A DNA stretch of 44,046 nucleotides from NCBI GenBank assembly GCA_027623195.1, contig JAQBUT010000025.1:1-44046 (forward strand), read 5' to 3'. Positions within the stretch are counted from its first letter, which is position 1. The number at the start of each line of letters is the position of its first letter. The notes under the pieces were generated by a model. The model was not told the origin of the DNA, ran no database searches, and saw only the letters and a list, made by a program, of their open reading frames with translations. Shown piece after piece: positions 30,257-40,329 of the stretch. This DNA is from Chloroflexota bacterium (GTDB lineage: Bacteria > Chloroflexota > Dehalococcoidia > Lucifugimonadales > JADFKI01). The position numbers and the translations under genes were made by a program.

Positions 30257-30335
30257 CGCACAAATGGGACAGATTTCTAATGGAGAGAATCGGCCGATTT
30301 GGCGAGCTCCCAGAGCTGTTGATCGTAGCGTTCTC
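30242..30335 (-). repeat. Right arm of 94-bp inverted repeat
   Basis: Reverse complement matches 28521-28614 at 80/94 positions. Confidence 0.9.
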
Positions 30336-30352
30336 GGTTTGGAGGTTGAGCT

Positions 30353-31534
30353 CTACCCTGTATGGGCATACTTCTTCAAGGCGTCCTCATTTAAGTCCGT
30401 TCCCCAGCCTGGGCCTTTGGGTATGGTTATCATGTCGTTGTTTATGTCTGGCAGTACCGTCACCAGTTCGTCGCGCCAGGGATCTTGAACTGCATCGCTT
30501 TCGCTGATCTTCACGTTCGTTACCGATGCGCACAGGTTCATAGTCTGGAACGTTGACATGTGGGTGCCGTAGTTATGGGGCGCGATGTTCACCTCGAAGT
30601 GCTCCGCCATATTGGCCGCTCTGCGTGCCGGTATAAACCCCTGCCATTGCAGGTCAAGTTTCATGACATCCATGGCGCGTCTTTCCAAATATGGATAGTA
30701 GTTCAACGGTCCGATCTTCTGCTCGCCGGTGCAGATGGGTGTGCGGGTGGCGTCCTTCAGCATGCGGCAACTCTCTGCATCCAGGTTGTCCAGCTCCATC
30801 CACATGAGGTCGAGGGGCTCCAGTGCCTGCGCCAGCCGGATGTGCCCGTCGACTTTGAAGTGCTGGTTCACGTCCAAGGCTATGTTCACATTGTCGCCGC
30901 CCTCTTCTCGTATCATGGAGATTTGCGCCACAGCGGCATCTATCATCTCCCTGGTTAACGTCTGGTCGTGAGGGCCGTTGCGGCCCTGGTCCAGCCCCTT
31001 GAACGGGTCTCCTGGCATCTGGATGTTGGTCTTGAAGCTATCGTAGCCACTCTTCAAGGCGTCGCGTACGATCATCCGCATGTCGTCATATGAGCGGACC
31101 ACCGGGCGCTCCACCCGTTCGTAATTATTGATTTGATAGGAATTGTCGGCGTGGTAGGAAAAGAAGTGTGACCAATACGTCTTCTGGTGATCGCGGGTCG
31201 GCCCACCCACAAGCTCGTGGACCGGCACGCCCAGCGCCTTACCTTTTATGTCCCACAGGGCCAACTCGATGCCAGCCATGGCCTGCCAGGTGGCGCCACC
31301 GTAGGCAGATTGCACCGCACGGGCCATGTTGATGTAATGGCGCTCCACGGGGCGCGGGTCCTTGCCTACAATGAAGATTGACAGGTCTTCCACCAACCCC
31401 CGTATGCCCTTTGCAAACTGCCCTTGGCCGAACTCGGAATAGCCAGTTATGCCCTCGTCGGTTCGTATGGCGCAGAACAACCAAAGCCGGGACAGGCCTT
31501 CTACGAGGAACGTTTCTATGCCGGTAACTTTCAT
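30353..31534 (-). CDS. Mandelate racemase/muconate lactonizing enzyme family (galactonate dehydratase-like)
   Basis: MKVTGIETF start (AAGGAG RBS), TDEGITGYSE, GIELALWDIKGKALGVPV, LDVN, WME, GEQ, APHN, GPGWG. Confidence 0.9.
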   Translation of the reverse strand: MKVTGIETFLVEGLSRLWLFCAIRTDEGITGYSEFGQGQFAKGIRGLVEDLSIFIVGKDPRPVERHYINMARAVQSAYGGATWQAMAGIELALWDIKGKALGVPVHELVGGPTRDHQKTYWSHFFSYHADNSYQINNYERVERPVVRSYDDMRMIVRDALKSGYDSFKTNIQMPGDPFKGLDQGRNGPHDQTLTREMIDAAVAQISMIREEGGDNVNIALDVNQHFKVDGHIRLAQALEPLDLMWMELDNLDAESCRMLKDATRTPICTGEQKIGPLNYYPYLERRAMDVMKLDLQWQGFIPARRAANMAEHFEVNIAPHNYGTHMSTFQTMNLCASVTNVKISESDAVQDPWRDELVTVLPDINNDMITIPKGPGWGTDLNEDALKKYAHTG

Positions 31535-31596
31535 GTTTGCTCCTTTGGAAAAACAGTTGGGCGAGACCCAATTCTGAGCGCACACAAGAGGTGCTA

Positions 31597-31634
31597 AGTT
31601 CAGGTTCAACGCCCACACATTATGAACCTGAACT
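31597..31634. promoter_or_regulatory. 12-bp perfect inverted repeat upstream of enolase gene (operator or hairpin)
   Basis: agttcaggttca-N14-tgaacctgaact. Confidence 0.45.
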
Positions 31635-32190
31635 CCTAGTGGTCTTCGGCTTTACGCCCCACAACGAGACAGCCCAGAACCAAAGTCTTCATCCTTCGAT
31701 ACAAACTTGACGGAATTCCTCATCTGATTCCGTTAGACATATCGCGCCCTCGACGATCCCTGATGACCTGTTCTAGTATTTTGTACCAATTGTTATATTA
31801 GTTTGACAAACTCCTCTGCCGGGTTGACCAGTAATGTTTCGGGTATCTCCTTTGGTGTAAATCCCACAGACCGCACCAGCACCCGCACCGTTCTTTCGAT
31901 GCCGCTCGCGTAAAAGATGTAGACAAAATAGGAATCGCGACAGGTCCCGATTCCACCCCAGTCATATTAGAGCAGATTCGACTTCGGAAGAGTACTTACT
32001 GGTCGTAGCAGATATGCCAGCACGAAACAGCTTCCGTACATGGCCCAACAACGGGCGTTGACTGTATTTGGCCGTATAAGGGCCTATTGGCAGAACGCCA
32101 ATCAGCGCAGGTTACGCTCCACGTAGCTTTAAAAACCCCCGCCTTGAATGTCACAAAGACGAATCAATAACGTTTGCTATCGAGCATACC

Positions 32191-33153
32191 CTATTCGGTA
32201 AAGCCGGATGCCTCTCGCCATGCCAGGTAGTCCTGCAGGCCAGCGGCGAGGCCGAACTTGGCAGCGAAGCCCAGGTCCTGCTCCATCCTGGTTGCGTCCA
32301 TCTTACTGGCCCTCCCGAACAGCTCCCGCTGTGCAACATCGATGATATTGAGATCGGGCCGCAACTCCTGCAATACGGCGATTACCTCGGCCATGGTCGT
32401 GCAATCTGCAGAGGAGTCATTGTAGACGTCGTACGAAAGCTTGGGCGCATCCAGTACGGTGGCTACTCCATCGGCGATGTCTGTCACATACGTGAAGGAG
32501 CGCCTCTCTTCCCTGTCGCCGACTTCAATAGGCCTGCCCATGACGATGTTTGCAGTCCACTCCTTTAGCAGGGACTGGTTTTCTCGATGGTCGGTAATTC
32601 GTTCCATTGGGCCATACGGTGTGCCGAGACGCACGCTGACAGCCTGAAAATCATGTAATTCTCCGTACCGACGGGTTAGCAACTCGCTGGTATACTTTCC
32701 GATCGCGTAGAGGCTGCGAGGGTCGGGTAGCGTTTCCTCAGACAGGACCTCGTCCAGGTCTGGACCGTCACCATATACAGAACCAGAACTGACGTAGAGG
32801 AAGCGGTCCACCGATAGCTTGCGAGCCAGCTCAAGCATGTTCGTCGTGCCCATCAGATTAATGTCCACAATGGAGCGGCTACGTGACTTCTCTATCTCGG
32901 TCATGATGCCTGTGAATACCGCAGCATGCACGATTCTGTCGACACCCGTTCCTGCAGCCCGCTCTATGTCCTCTTGATTCAGGACATCTCCCTGTACGAA
33001 GCTCACCTGCGACTTCCAGGGTTCGAGATAGGCCTTGACCATGGCATTTGGCGGCGCGATGTCCAGGGAAACTATGCTATGGCCCTTTATTGCAAGAGCC
33101 TTGACGATATTGCTCCCAACAAAGCCTGTTCCACCGGTTACCAGCGTTACCAT
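32191..33153 (-). CDS. NAD-dependent epimerase/dehydratase (extended SDR)
   Basis: GGTGFVG, HAA, SSGSVYG, YAIGK, YGP, FTYVTDIA. Confidence 0.92.
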   Translation of the reverse strand: MVTLVTGGTGFVGSNIVKALAIKGHSIVSLDIAPPNAMVKAYLEPWKSQVSFVQGDVLNQEDIERAAGTGVDRIVHAAVFTGIMTEIEKSRSRSIVDINLMGTTNMLELARKLSVDRFLYVSSGSVYGDGPDLDEVLSEETLPDPRSLYAIGKYTSELLTRRYGELHDFQAVSVRLGTPYGPMERITDHRENQSLLKEWTANIVMGRPIEVGDREERRSFTYVTDIADGVATVLDAPKLSYDVYNDSSADCTTMAEVIAVLQELRPDLNIIDVAQRELFGRASKMDATRMEQDLGFAAKFGLAAGLQDYLAWREASGFTE

Positions 33154-33371
33154 GGTGCCCTCCCTTTATTATGTCTCGTGGCCAATTCCGACTTCGATCC
33201 CGAGAAGCCTTGCCCTAAAGTTGCGTCATCACGAGGATTGTATCCGACAGGCCAATCGCCTTCAATCCCGACATCAGCTAATGACCGGACGAACTTATTT
33301 GTGCCGTTTGATTTGTCGTCAGGCCTATCATAAACTCCACGCAACATCCTGCGTCCCTGTGAGGTGAAGAA

Positions 33372-33572
33372 ATGACCATATCCGCCGAAACACTAAAAGC
33401 CATGATTCGCGATTTTAAGGGATTTGAATTATCCGACGAAGAGTTGGAACTCGTTCGGCCAGAGCTGGAGAGTTACCTAAGAGAGGTAGAACTCCTTAAA
33501 GAACTAGATCTTTCTGGTCTAATGTCTTCGCGACTACTTCGTGCCAAAGAAGAGGGTGATGCAATTGCCTAA
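33372..33572 (+). CDS. Small GatC/AtzG-like amidase partner protein
   Basis: GAGGTG RBS; GFELSDEEL..V..EL..Y...V..L.ELDL helical pattern; overlaps the amidase start. Confidence 0.6.
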   Translation: MTISAETLKAMIRDFKGFELSDEELELVRPELESYLREVELLKELDLSGLMSSRLLRAKEEGDAIA

Positions 33573-34989
33573 CGACGATATTATGGAGCTCACAATTGCC
33601 GAGCTTGCTCCCAAAATCAAAGCGAGAGAAGTGTCCCCTGTTGAAGTTACCGAGGCGGCCCTGGCAAAGGCCGAACGGCTTCAACCAAAACTGAACTCAT
33701 TCATCACCATCCTCTACGACCAGGCTCGTGACCAGGCAAGACAGCTTGAGGCCGAACTGATGCGGGGCGAATATCGCGGACCTCTGCACGGAATACCTGT
33801 AGGCGTCAAGGACAATCTGGAAACGGCAGGCATACGCAGCACAGTTGGCACCAAGGTACTGGCAAACAACGTGCCAGAGCAGGATGCCTTCGTCGTCACC
33901 AGGTGCAGGGAAGCTGGCGCAGTCATCCTCGGCAAAGAAAACATGGAGGAGTTTGCGGCTGGCTCGACCTCCAGTAATATCCACTACGGGGCGGTCCACA
34001 ACCCCTGGAACCTTGACTACATTCCGGGTGGTTCCAGTGGTGGCGGTGGAGCCAACGTCGCGGCGGGCGTTACCTTTGCGTCGCTGGGCTCGGACCTGGG
34101 AGGCTCGGTCCGTGGGCCAGCGCACTGCTGTGGTGTCGTTGGTATAAAGCAGACCTACGGTCGTGTAAGTCAAAGAGGTCTCATGGTCACCAGCTTCAAC
34201 GGCGATCACGTCGGCCCGATGACTCGCTCAGTGCAAGACAGCGCCATAATGCTCCAAGTAATCGCGGGCTACGACCCTCTTGATCCCAGCACGGTACCCG
34301 TACCCGTTCCCGACTTCTCGGCATCTTTGGGAAAGGACCTCAGGGGACTAAAGGTAGGTGTTCCCTCGGACTATTACTTCGATCTGATCGATCCAGAGGT
34401 AGAGACAGCAGTGCGGAAAGCCATAGCGGCTCTTGGGGAACTGGGAGTTGAAATCATAGAGGTGTCTCTGCCGAGCATGAAGTATGCAGGTGCCCTTCGC
34501 ATCGCAGGCATGGCCGACAGCGTCGTCACCCACGAGCCCTACATCAAAAGTAATCGAGAAGACTACGGTCCGACAGTGCTCTATCGTGCCTTGGCGGGCC
34601 AGTTTGTTTTGGGTACAGATTACTCCAAGGCGTTGAAGGTCCAACGCATTATTAAGGAGGAGTATGCCCGTGTCCTCCAAGATGTTGACTTCCTGGCTAC
34701 TCCAACGGGACCAGTGCCAGCGTGGCGAATCGATTCGGATACGGTGACGCTTGATGGAGTAGCCTATCCTTCGAGGGGGCCGGGCTCAGGCATGACAGCG
34801 AGGTGCACCAGCCCGAGCAACTCGACCGGACTGCCTGCCATATCCATACCGTGTGGCCTCTCTGAGCAAGGGCTCCCAATCGGTCTTCAACTGATTGGAC
34901 GCCCCTTTGAGGAGGAGCTGCTATATCGGGCATCCAGTGCATACGAAGCGGTTTCGCCGGTCCTGGGGAAGAGGCCACCCGTTAGCTAA
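33559..34989 (+). CDS. Amidase signature family enzyme (GatA-like)
   Basis: GPLHGIPVGVKD, PGGSSGG, GSDLGGSVRGPA (Lys-cisSer-Ser triad intact), GLPIGLQLIG. Confidence 0.92.
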   Translation: MQLPNDDIMELTIAELAPKIKAREVSPVEVTEAALAKAERLQPKLNSFITILYDQARDQARQLEAELMRGEYRGPLHGIPVGVKDNLETAGIRSTVGTKVLANNVPEQDAFVVTRCREAGAVILGKENMEEFAAGSTSSNIHYGAVHNPWNLDYIPGGSSGGGGANVAAGVTFASLGSDLGGSVRGPAHCCGVVGIKQTYGRVSQRGLMVTSFNGDHVGPMTRSVQDSAIMLQVIAGYDPLDPSTVPVPVPDFSASLGKDLRGLKVGVPSDYYFDLIDPEVETAVRKAIAALGELGVEIIEVSLPSMKYAGALRIAGMADSVVTHEPYIKSNREDYGPTVLYRALAGQFVLGTDYSKALKVQRIIKEEYARVLQDVDFLATPTGPVPAWRIDSDTVTLDGVAYPSRGPGSGMTARCTSPSNSTGLPAISIPCGLSEQGLPIGLQLIGRPFEEELLYRASSAYEAVSPVLGKRPPVS

Positions 34990-35053
34990 TAACGTAGTCC
35001 CTTCTGGTGTCGCTGCCCAAAAAGTTAGTTTTAGTTAAGGCGAGGTCAGCCTG

Positions 35054-36196
35054 ATGATTATCGACTCACATGCCTACTGCTTTGAACCAGCTGACAGTGC
35101 CAACGGCTATGCCAGCTCCAAGGAGCATCTCCGATGGGTTCAGGCGGGACAGGCTGGGCACTTCATGCCCGCCTTTCGCCTCCGAGATAGGTCGCCTGCA
35201 TCCTCGGAGGCTCTTGCCCAAGAAGGGGCGAAGGGCCTGTCGGCACCTCTTGATGTAAACCTGCGCATTGACCATGAAGCGGGGCGTGTGGTCTGGACAA
35301 TCGATGGAGAGGATTACACCAAGCACTACTACCCGCCAAACCTGAGGAACTGTGAATTTACGCCCCAAAGCCTTATTTCAGAGATGGATCACGCTGGGGT
35401 CGACATGGCACTGCTCCATACCAACCCCATGCTTGGGAGGGATAGCGCGTACCTCGCAGAGTGCGTCAGGGCCTTTCCCGACCGACTCAGGTCCATGGCC
35501 CCTGTGGACGAGTGGCGTCTTCATGACGACATGGACTCGGTTATCGCCGAATTGGCAACCTCGATAACCAGCTATGGTCTGCACGCGATCAAGTTCAATC
35601 CAAACACTTATCTTGTAAGCTCCGAACCGTGGGATGACGGCGTTTACCGACCTTTTTGGGAGGCGGCTACATCTCTCAATGTTCCCATCTTCTTTTCGCT
35701 AGGCCCAGGCCCAGCAAACCACAAAGGGGAGTCGTCTTCAGAAAATCTAGGCGGTTACCTGGATGAGATGAAGATACTCATGCGGTGGATGGACCGCTAT
35801 CCAGACGCGGTTTGCAGCATAACACATGGGTTTCCGTATCGCTCCTTCTTAAAGGAGGGCAAGATACGTCTGCCAGAATCGATATGGGAGCCGTTCGACA
35901 ATCCGAACCTTAGCATCGAGGTCTGCTTCCCGGTACGAATTGGCGATATATTCGACTTCCCCTATGAAGAGGCTAGGCCGACACTAGAGGAGATGGTAAG
36001 CCGAATAGGGGCCGATCGACTGATGTGGGGCACGGACATGCCTTTTCAGAATCGGCACTGCACATTTCGTCAGTCCCGTGACTGGATCGAGAAATATTGC
36101 GAGTTCCTCACTCTTAACGAAATGGAACTGATCATGGGCGGCACCGCCGCAAGAGTTCTGGGGCTAAAGCCCTCCGACAAAAACAAACAGGAATAA
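35054..36196 (+). CDS. Amidohydrolase_2 family metalloenzyme
   Basis: IIDSH, MDHAGVD.A, ITHG, IGADRLMWGTDMP, IMGGTAARV. Confidence 0.88.
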   Translation: MIIDSHAYCFEPADSANGYASSKEHLRWVQAGQAGHFMPAFRLRDRSPASSEALAQEGAKGLSAPLDVNLRIDHEAGRVVWTIDGEDYTKHYYPPNLRNCEFTPQSLISEMDHAGVDMALLHTNPMLGRDSAYLAECVRAFPDRLRSMAPVDEWRLHDDMDSVIAELATSITSYGLHAIKFNPNTYLVSSEPWDDGVYRPFWEAATSLNVPIFFSLGPGPANHKGESSSENLGGYLDEMKILMRWMDRYPDAVCSITHGFPYRSFLKEGKIRLPESIWEPFDNPNLSIEVCFPVRIGDIFDFPYEEARPTLEEMVSRIGADRLMWGTDMPFQNRHCTFRQSRDWIEKYCEFLTLNEMELIMGGTAARVLGLKPSDKNKQE

Positions 36197-36200
36197 AAAG

Positions 36201-36692
36201 ATGCCGCGAATAAAGATTAATGACACCCTCAACGCCTTTTGCAAAGATTCGGATGCCTATCTCGAAGGGATCGCCGACGGACCACTATCAGGGCTGACCT
36301 TTGCCGCCAAAGATATCTTCGACGTGGCTGACCACGTCACCGGCGGAGGCAACCCCGACTGGAAAGCCACTCACGAACCGGCGGAACGCACTGCCTGGTG
36401 TGTGGAAAGTCTCGTTCAGGCTGGCGCGACTATGGTAGGCAAGACCATTACCGACGAACTGACTCGCGGTATTTTTGGCGAGAACGCGCATTACGGCACT
36501 CCTGTGAATCCCCGTGCGCCTGACAGAGTGCCTGGCGGTTCGTCCAGCGGGTCGGTGTCTGCGGTGGCTGGTGGGCTAGTAGATTTCGCCCTGGGCTCAG
36601 ACACCGGCGGTTCCGTCCGTGTCCCGTCCAGTTTTTGCGGAGTGTATGGCCTCAGACCTGTAGCGATAAGGGTCCATCTAACCTCCCTCTAG
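36201..36692 (+). pseudogene. 3'-truncated amidase
   Basis: GPLSGLTFAAKD, PGGSSSGS, GSDTGGSVRVPSSFCGVYGLRP, then similarity is lost abruptly at about 36660; only about 150 of the usual ~400 aa. Confidence 0.85.
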
Positions 36693-36783
36693 AGAGTAAT
36701 GCCGGATGCGCTTTAGTAAAGTGTTATAGATTACGGCTCATCTTACGATATGCAGTTTTTATTCTTTTCCAGGAAGCAAGACA

Positions 36784-37944
36784 ATGGCAACCAATGACCT
36801 GTTGAAAGTCGTTCAAGACCTTGAGCCCACCATTCGCCGTCACGCACTGGCTGCGGAGGAAAACCGAAAGATGGCCCCAGAAATTATGTCAGCCCTTGTT
36901 GACGCTGGCCTTTTCAGGATGTGGGTTCCGAAGGCACTCGGCGGATTGGAGACGCCGCCCAATGAAGCACTCGAAGTTATGGAAGCGCTCGCTCGCATCG
37001 ATTCAGCAACGGGTTGGGTAGTAAGCAACTGTGTGTTTATATCTACTCTATATCAGTTTCTTCCATCTCCTGTAAGGGAGGAATTGCTAAGCAACCCCGG
37101 GGTTGTGACTTGTGGTTCCTTCGTGCCACCAGGAAGCGCACGAGAGACTGACGATGGCTACATCGTGAACGGAAACTGGACCTTTGGGAGCGCATCGCAT
37201 TACGCCTCAAGCCTAGTGACGTTATCCTTACTGACTAACGAAAATGGAACGGTGATGAGCGAAGAAGGCGCGCCGACAAGTGTCCCGGCCTTCTTCGACC
37301 CCAAGAGTGCTACGTTCCTGGACACGTGGTATACTCCGGGGCATAGAGGAACGGGAAGCACCAATTTCACTGTCGAAGATCTTCACGCTTCGCGCGACCA
37401 TACATTCCTGTTAGGTCCGTGGGAATCGACTGAAGGCCCCTTCGCTGCGCCCCTCTACCGAATGGGCTTGGTAATTGATGCCGTGCGTATATCTCAAGTA
37501 GGGGTTGGCATTGCCCAGGGGGCTCTAGAGGACTTTGTCGAACTGGCATCGGCCAAGACCCCCGCCTACACGGCTACCCTCACCGCCGACCGTGCAACCG
37601 TGCAAGAACGGGTGGCTAAGGCTCAAGCGTTAATCCAAGCTGCAAGGCACACATTGCACGCGACCGTGGCCGATGGTTGGGAGTCGGTTCAGGACGGTCC
37701 CCGAATTACGGGTCAGACGTGTGTGCCAATGGGGCTCGCGGCTTCGTTCGCACTGGACGCCTCCGTACAGGCAGTCGATCTACTATATGAGTAAGGTGGA
37801 TCGTCAGCGTTTCGGGATGAGTCGTCGCTGCAAAAGCGATTCCGCGACCTACAGACGCTCCGTCAGAATGCGATCTCTTCATGGAGCCGCTACGAATCAC
37901 TCGGGAAGCTCATATTAGGGCGAGATAGTGACTGGCCATTCTAG
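36784..37944 (+). pseudogene. Flavin-dependent monooxygenase (acyl-CoA dehydrogenase fold, HsaA-like) with internal stop
   Basis: AGLFRMWVP..LGG, W.FGS, DTW...G.RGTGS. TAA at 37792-37794 is followed in frame by GGSSAFRDESSLQKRFRDL...WPF-TAG (37944). Confidence 0.85.
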
Positions 37945-37975
37945 CAGTTGTAGGACAGGCTCTAATGGCGTTTAA

Positions 37976-38311
37976 GTGGAAGTGGGTTTCGTTGGAAGTA
38001 TGTTCCCGTCCCTCATAGCAGCACGTTCCCATGATGAAATCGCGGAGCGAATCAAGTCTGAGGCCGAAGGTTACATGGAAGGCATTGCGAACCGGATTCA
38101 AGCAAAAGGATTGTCCGCTTCCTGGAGAGTATTGGAGGGAGCCCCAGCCCCTCAAATAGTTGATCTGGCGCATGGGATGCCCGAGGATCTAATTGCGATG
38201 ACCACTCATGGTCGTTCCGGCTTTGTGGCCGGATTGCTGGGCAGCGTTGCCATTTCGGTCATACGCTCCTCAGGTGACCCGGTACTTGTCATACCACCCC
38301 CAAGGCCGTAA
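37976..38311 (+). pseudogene. Universal stress protein, C-terminal fragment
   Basis: G.PA..IV..A....DLIAMTTHGRSG....LLGSVA..VIR....PVLVI. The N-terminal ILVPxDGS strand and a good RBS are missing. Confidence 0.65.
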
Positions 38312-38358
38312 CCTGCCCTCTCCCTTGATGAGTCCTATCTTGAGTACGGAGTGCCTGA

Positions 38359-40254
38359 ATGGAAGGTATTTCATTCTTTCCCCTGTTGATAATCTCAGGA
38401 CTGGCCTTCGTAGTGCCTGTTATCGCATCACGGTTTCCTGGTGGCATGATTCCCATCGTGGTGGCGGAGATTCTGGCGGGTGTAGCCTTTGGTCGCGCCG
38501 GACTGGGATTCATCCATGTAGATGAAAATATCTGGCTGGCATTCCTTTCCCAGTTTGGATTTGCCTACCTGATGCTCCTCTCCGGGCTGGAAGTGGACTT
38601 CGGCCTCCTCTCGCGCCTTGGAGGCGAAGGTTCTTCAAGAATGCGCATGCTTCTGGACAATCCGCTAGTGATGGGTCTGGGAATTTTTCTGCTTACGCTC
38701 ATCGGCGCGGGAATAGGCGCATGGCTGCTATTGGGCGATGTCCCCCTCAGCCACATCTTGCTATTCGGGCTGATTCTATCAACCACTTCTGTTGGAATCG
38801 TCGTTCCGACTTTGAAAGAGCGAGGTCTTACCAGACGGCCCTTCGGCCAAGTCATCCTCATGTCCGCTATGGTGGCCGATTTCGCTACCATCCTCCTGAT
38901 AACTGTGCTGGCGGGAATACTTGCCAACGACAACATATTTCGGATCTCCCTCGTAGCAATGCTTTTCGGTCTCTTCTTCATCGTAACCCGCGTCGGCGCG
39001 AGGGTTCAGTTCCATCGCTTCGTACGGCGTCCCATGGAGGAACTTGCGCATGCTACCGGGCAAATCGGAGTCCGAGGTGCAATGGCCCTAATGGTTGTGT
39101 TCGTCGTTTTGGCGGAGGCGGTAGAAGCCGAACTGGTGCTAGGCGCCTTTCTGGCAGGAACCGTCATCTCGTCTCTATCGAGGGAAGAAGGCTCTTCCCT
39201 GAGGGTAAAGCTAGACGCCATCGGCTATGGCTTCTTCGTGCCCGTATTCTTCATTACAGTCGGCGCCGATTTCAACCTGGATGCCTTGCGAAGCTCTCCT
39301 TCCAGCCTTTTACTCGTTCCGGCGCTCATAGGAATAGCCTACGCGGTAAAATTGGTGCCCTCCCTAATACTCAAAACACGGTACTCTTTGCGACAGTCCC
39401 TGAGCGCCGGTATACTTCTTAGTTCGCGGCTGAGCCTGATTATCGCTGCATCGGTCATAGGGCTTCGCCTGGGGGTAATTGACGAGGCGACTAACGCCTC
39501 CCTGATACTCGTGGCCATAGTTACGTCGACTGTCTCTCCTGCGTTGTTCACATACTTGTTCCCCAGACCCAAGACTGAACAGGGGCGAGCGATCATAGTT
39601 GGTGCCGGACAGTTGGGCATGATGTTAAGCGACCGCCTCACAAAGGAAGGCATGAAATCCGTAATAGTGGAAATAGACTATGAAAAGGCCCAGAGTGCCC
39701 GCGAGCAGGGCCTGGAGGTGGTTAATGGCGACGGCCTTTCAATCGAGGTACTCGCCATTGCAGGTACTCTGGGTGCTACGGCATTTATACCTGTGACTTC
39801 CGATGATGAAACCAACCTCAAGGCTTGTCTGCTGGCACAGGAGAACTTCAACGTTGACAATGTGGTAGCGCGAGTAAATGCCCATGAGCGGGTCGGGGAG
39901 TTTGAGCGGGCCGGTATCAAGCCCGTGAGCCGCCCTGTCGCCATCGCTATCGCCATGGACAACCTGGTGCTGAGGCCTGACATCTTCCGTGTTCTGGCTG
40001 AGCCTGCCAGCCAGAACGAGTTTCTGGAAGTGCCCCTTCTCAACAGCCGATTTGTTGGGCATCCAGTGGACCAGATTCACCTGCCGGGAGACGCTCTAAT
40101 CGTGCTTGTTCTGCGAGATGGATTGTCTTTCGTCCCACATCCTGCCACCATCCTGGAGCATGACGACCTGTTGACGATTGCGGGAGACAGGGAATCAGTA
40201 GAGGAAGCCCGGCGGCAACTCAGAGATAGAAACGGTCTGGCAACCTCGTCGTAA
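38359..40254 (+). CDS. CPA2 cation:proton antiporter with TrkA-N and TrkA-C domains
   Basis: LSGLEVD, STTSVGIV, LGAFLAG, GYGFFVPVFF; then IIVGAGQLG (RCK-N) and PHPATILE..D (RCK-C). Confidence 0.9.
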   Translation: MEGISFFPLLIISGLAFVVPVIASRFPGGMIPIVVAEILAGVAFGRAGLGFIHVDENIWLAFLSQFGFAYLMLLSGLEVDFGLLSRLGGEGSSRMRMLLDNPLVMGLGIFLLTLIGAGIGAWLLLGDVPLSHILLFGLILSTTSVGIVVPTLKERGLTRRPFGQVILMSAMVADFATILLITVLAGILANDNIFRISLVAMLFGLFFIVTRVGARVQFHRFVRRPMEELAHATGQIGVRGAMALMVVFVVLAEAVEAELVLGAFLAGTVISSLSREEGSSLRVKLDAIGYGFFVPVFFITVGADFNLDALRSSPSSLLLVPALIGIAYAVKLVPSLILKTRYSLRQSLSAGILLSSRLSLIIAASVIGLRLGVIDEATNASLILVAIVTSTVSPALFTYLFPRPKTEQGRAIIVGAGQLGMMLSDRLTKEGMKSVIVEIDYEKAQSAREQGLEVVNGDGLSIEVLAIAGTLGATAFIPVTSDDETNLKACLLAQENFNVDNVVARVNAHERVGEFERAGIKPVSRPVAIAIAMDNLVLRPDIFRVLAEPASQNEFLEVPLLNSRFVGHPVDQIHLPGDALIVLVLRDGLSFVPHPATILEHDDLLTIAGDRESVEEARRQLRDRNGLATSS

Positions 40255-40329
40255 GCCGATATACAGCTGTCATTCGATTTAGTGCTGAAGTAAAGCCTAA
40301 TAATTCTTGAGGATGGTTAGAGGAACCGC

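Noticed and set aside
28521..30335. Palindrome considered as an integron attC site
   Set aside because: No RYYYAAC/GTTRRRY ends, no extrahelical-base pattern, and no integrase or cassette array in the window.
33372..34989. gatC-gatA call
   Set aside because: No gatB nearby, and the neighbours are catabolic enzymes; treated as an amidase with a small partner.
37792..37794. Programmed stop-codon readthrough (Sec/Pyl)
   Set aside because: The codon is TAA, not TGA or TAG, and is not at an obvious catalytic position.
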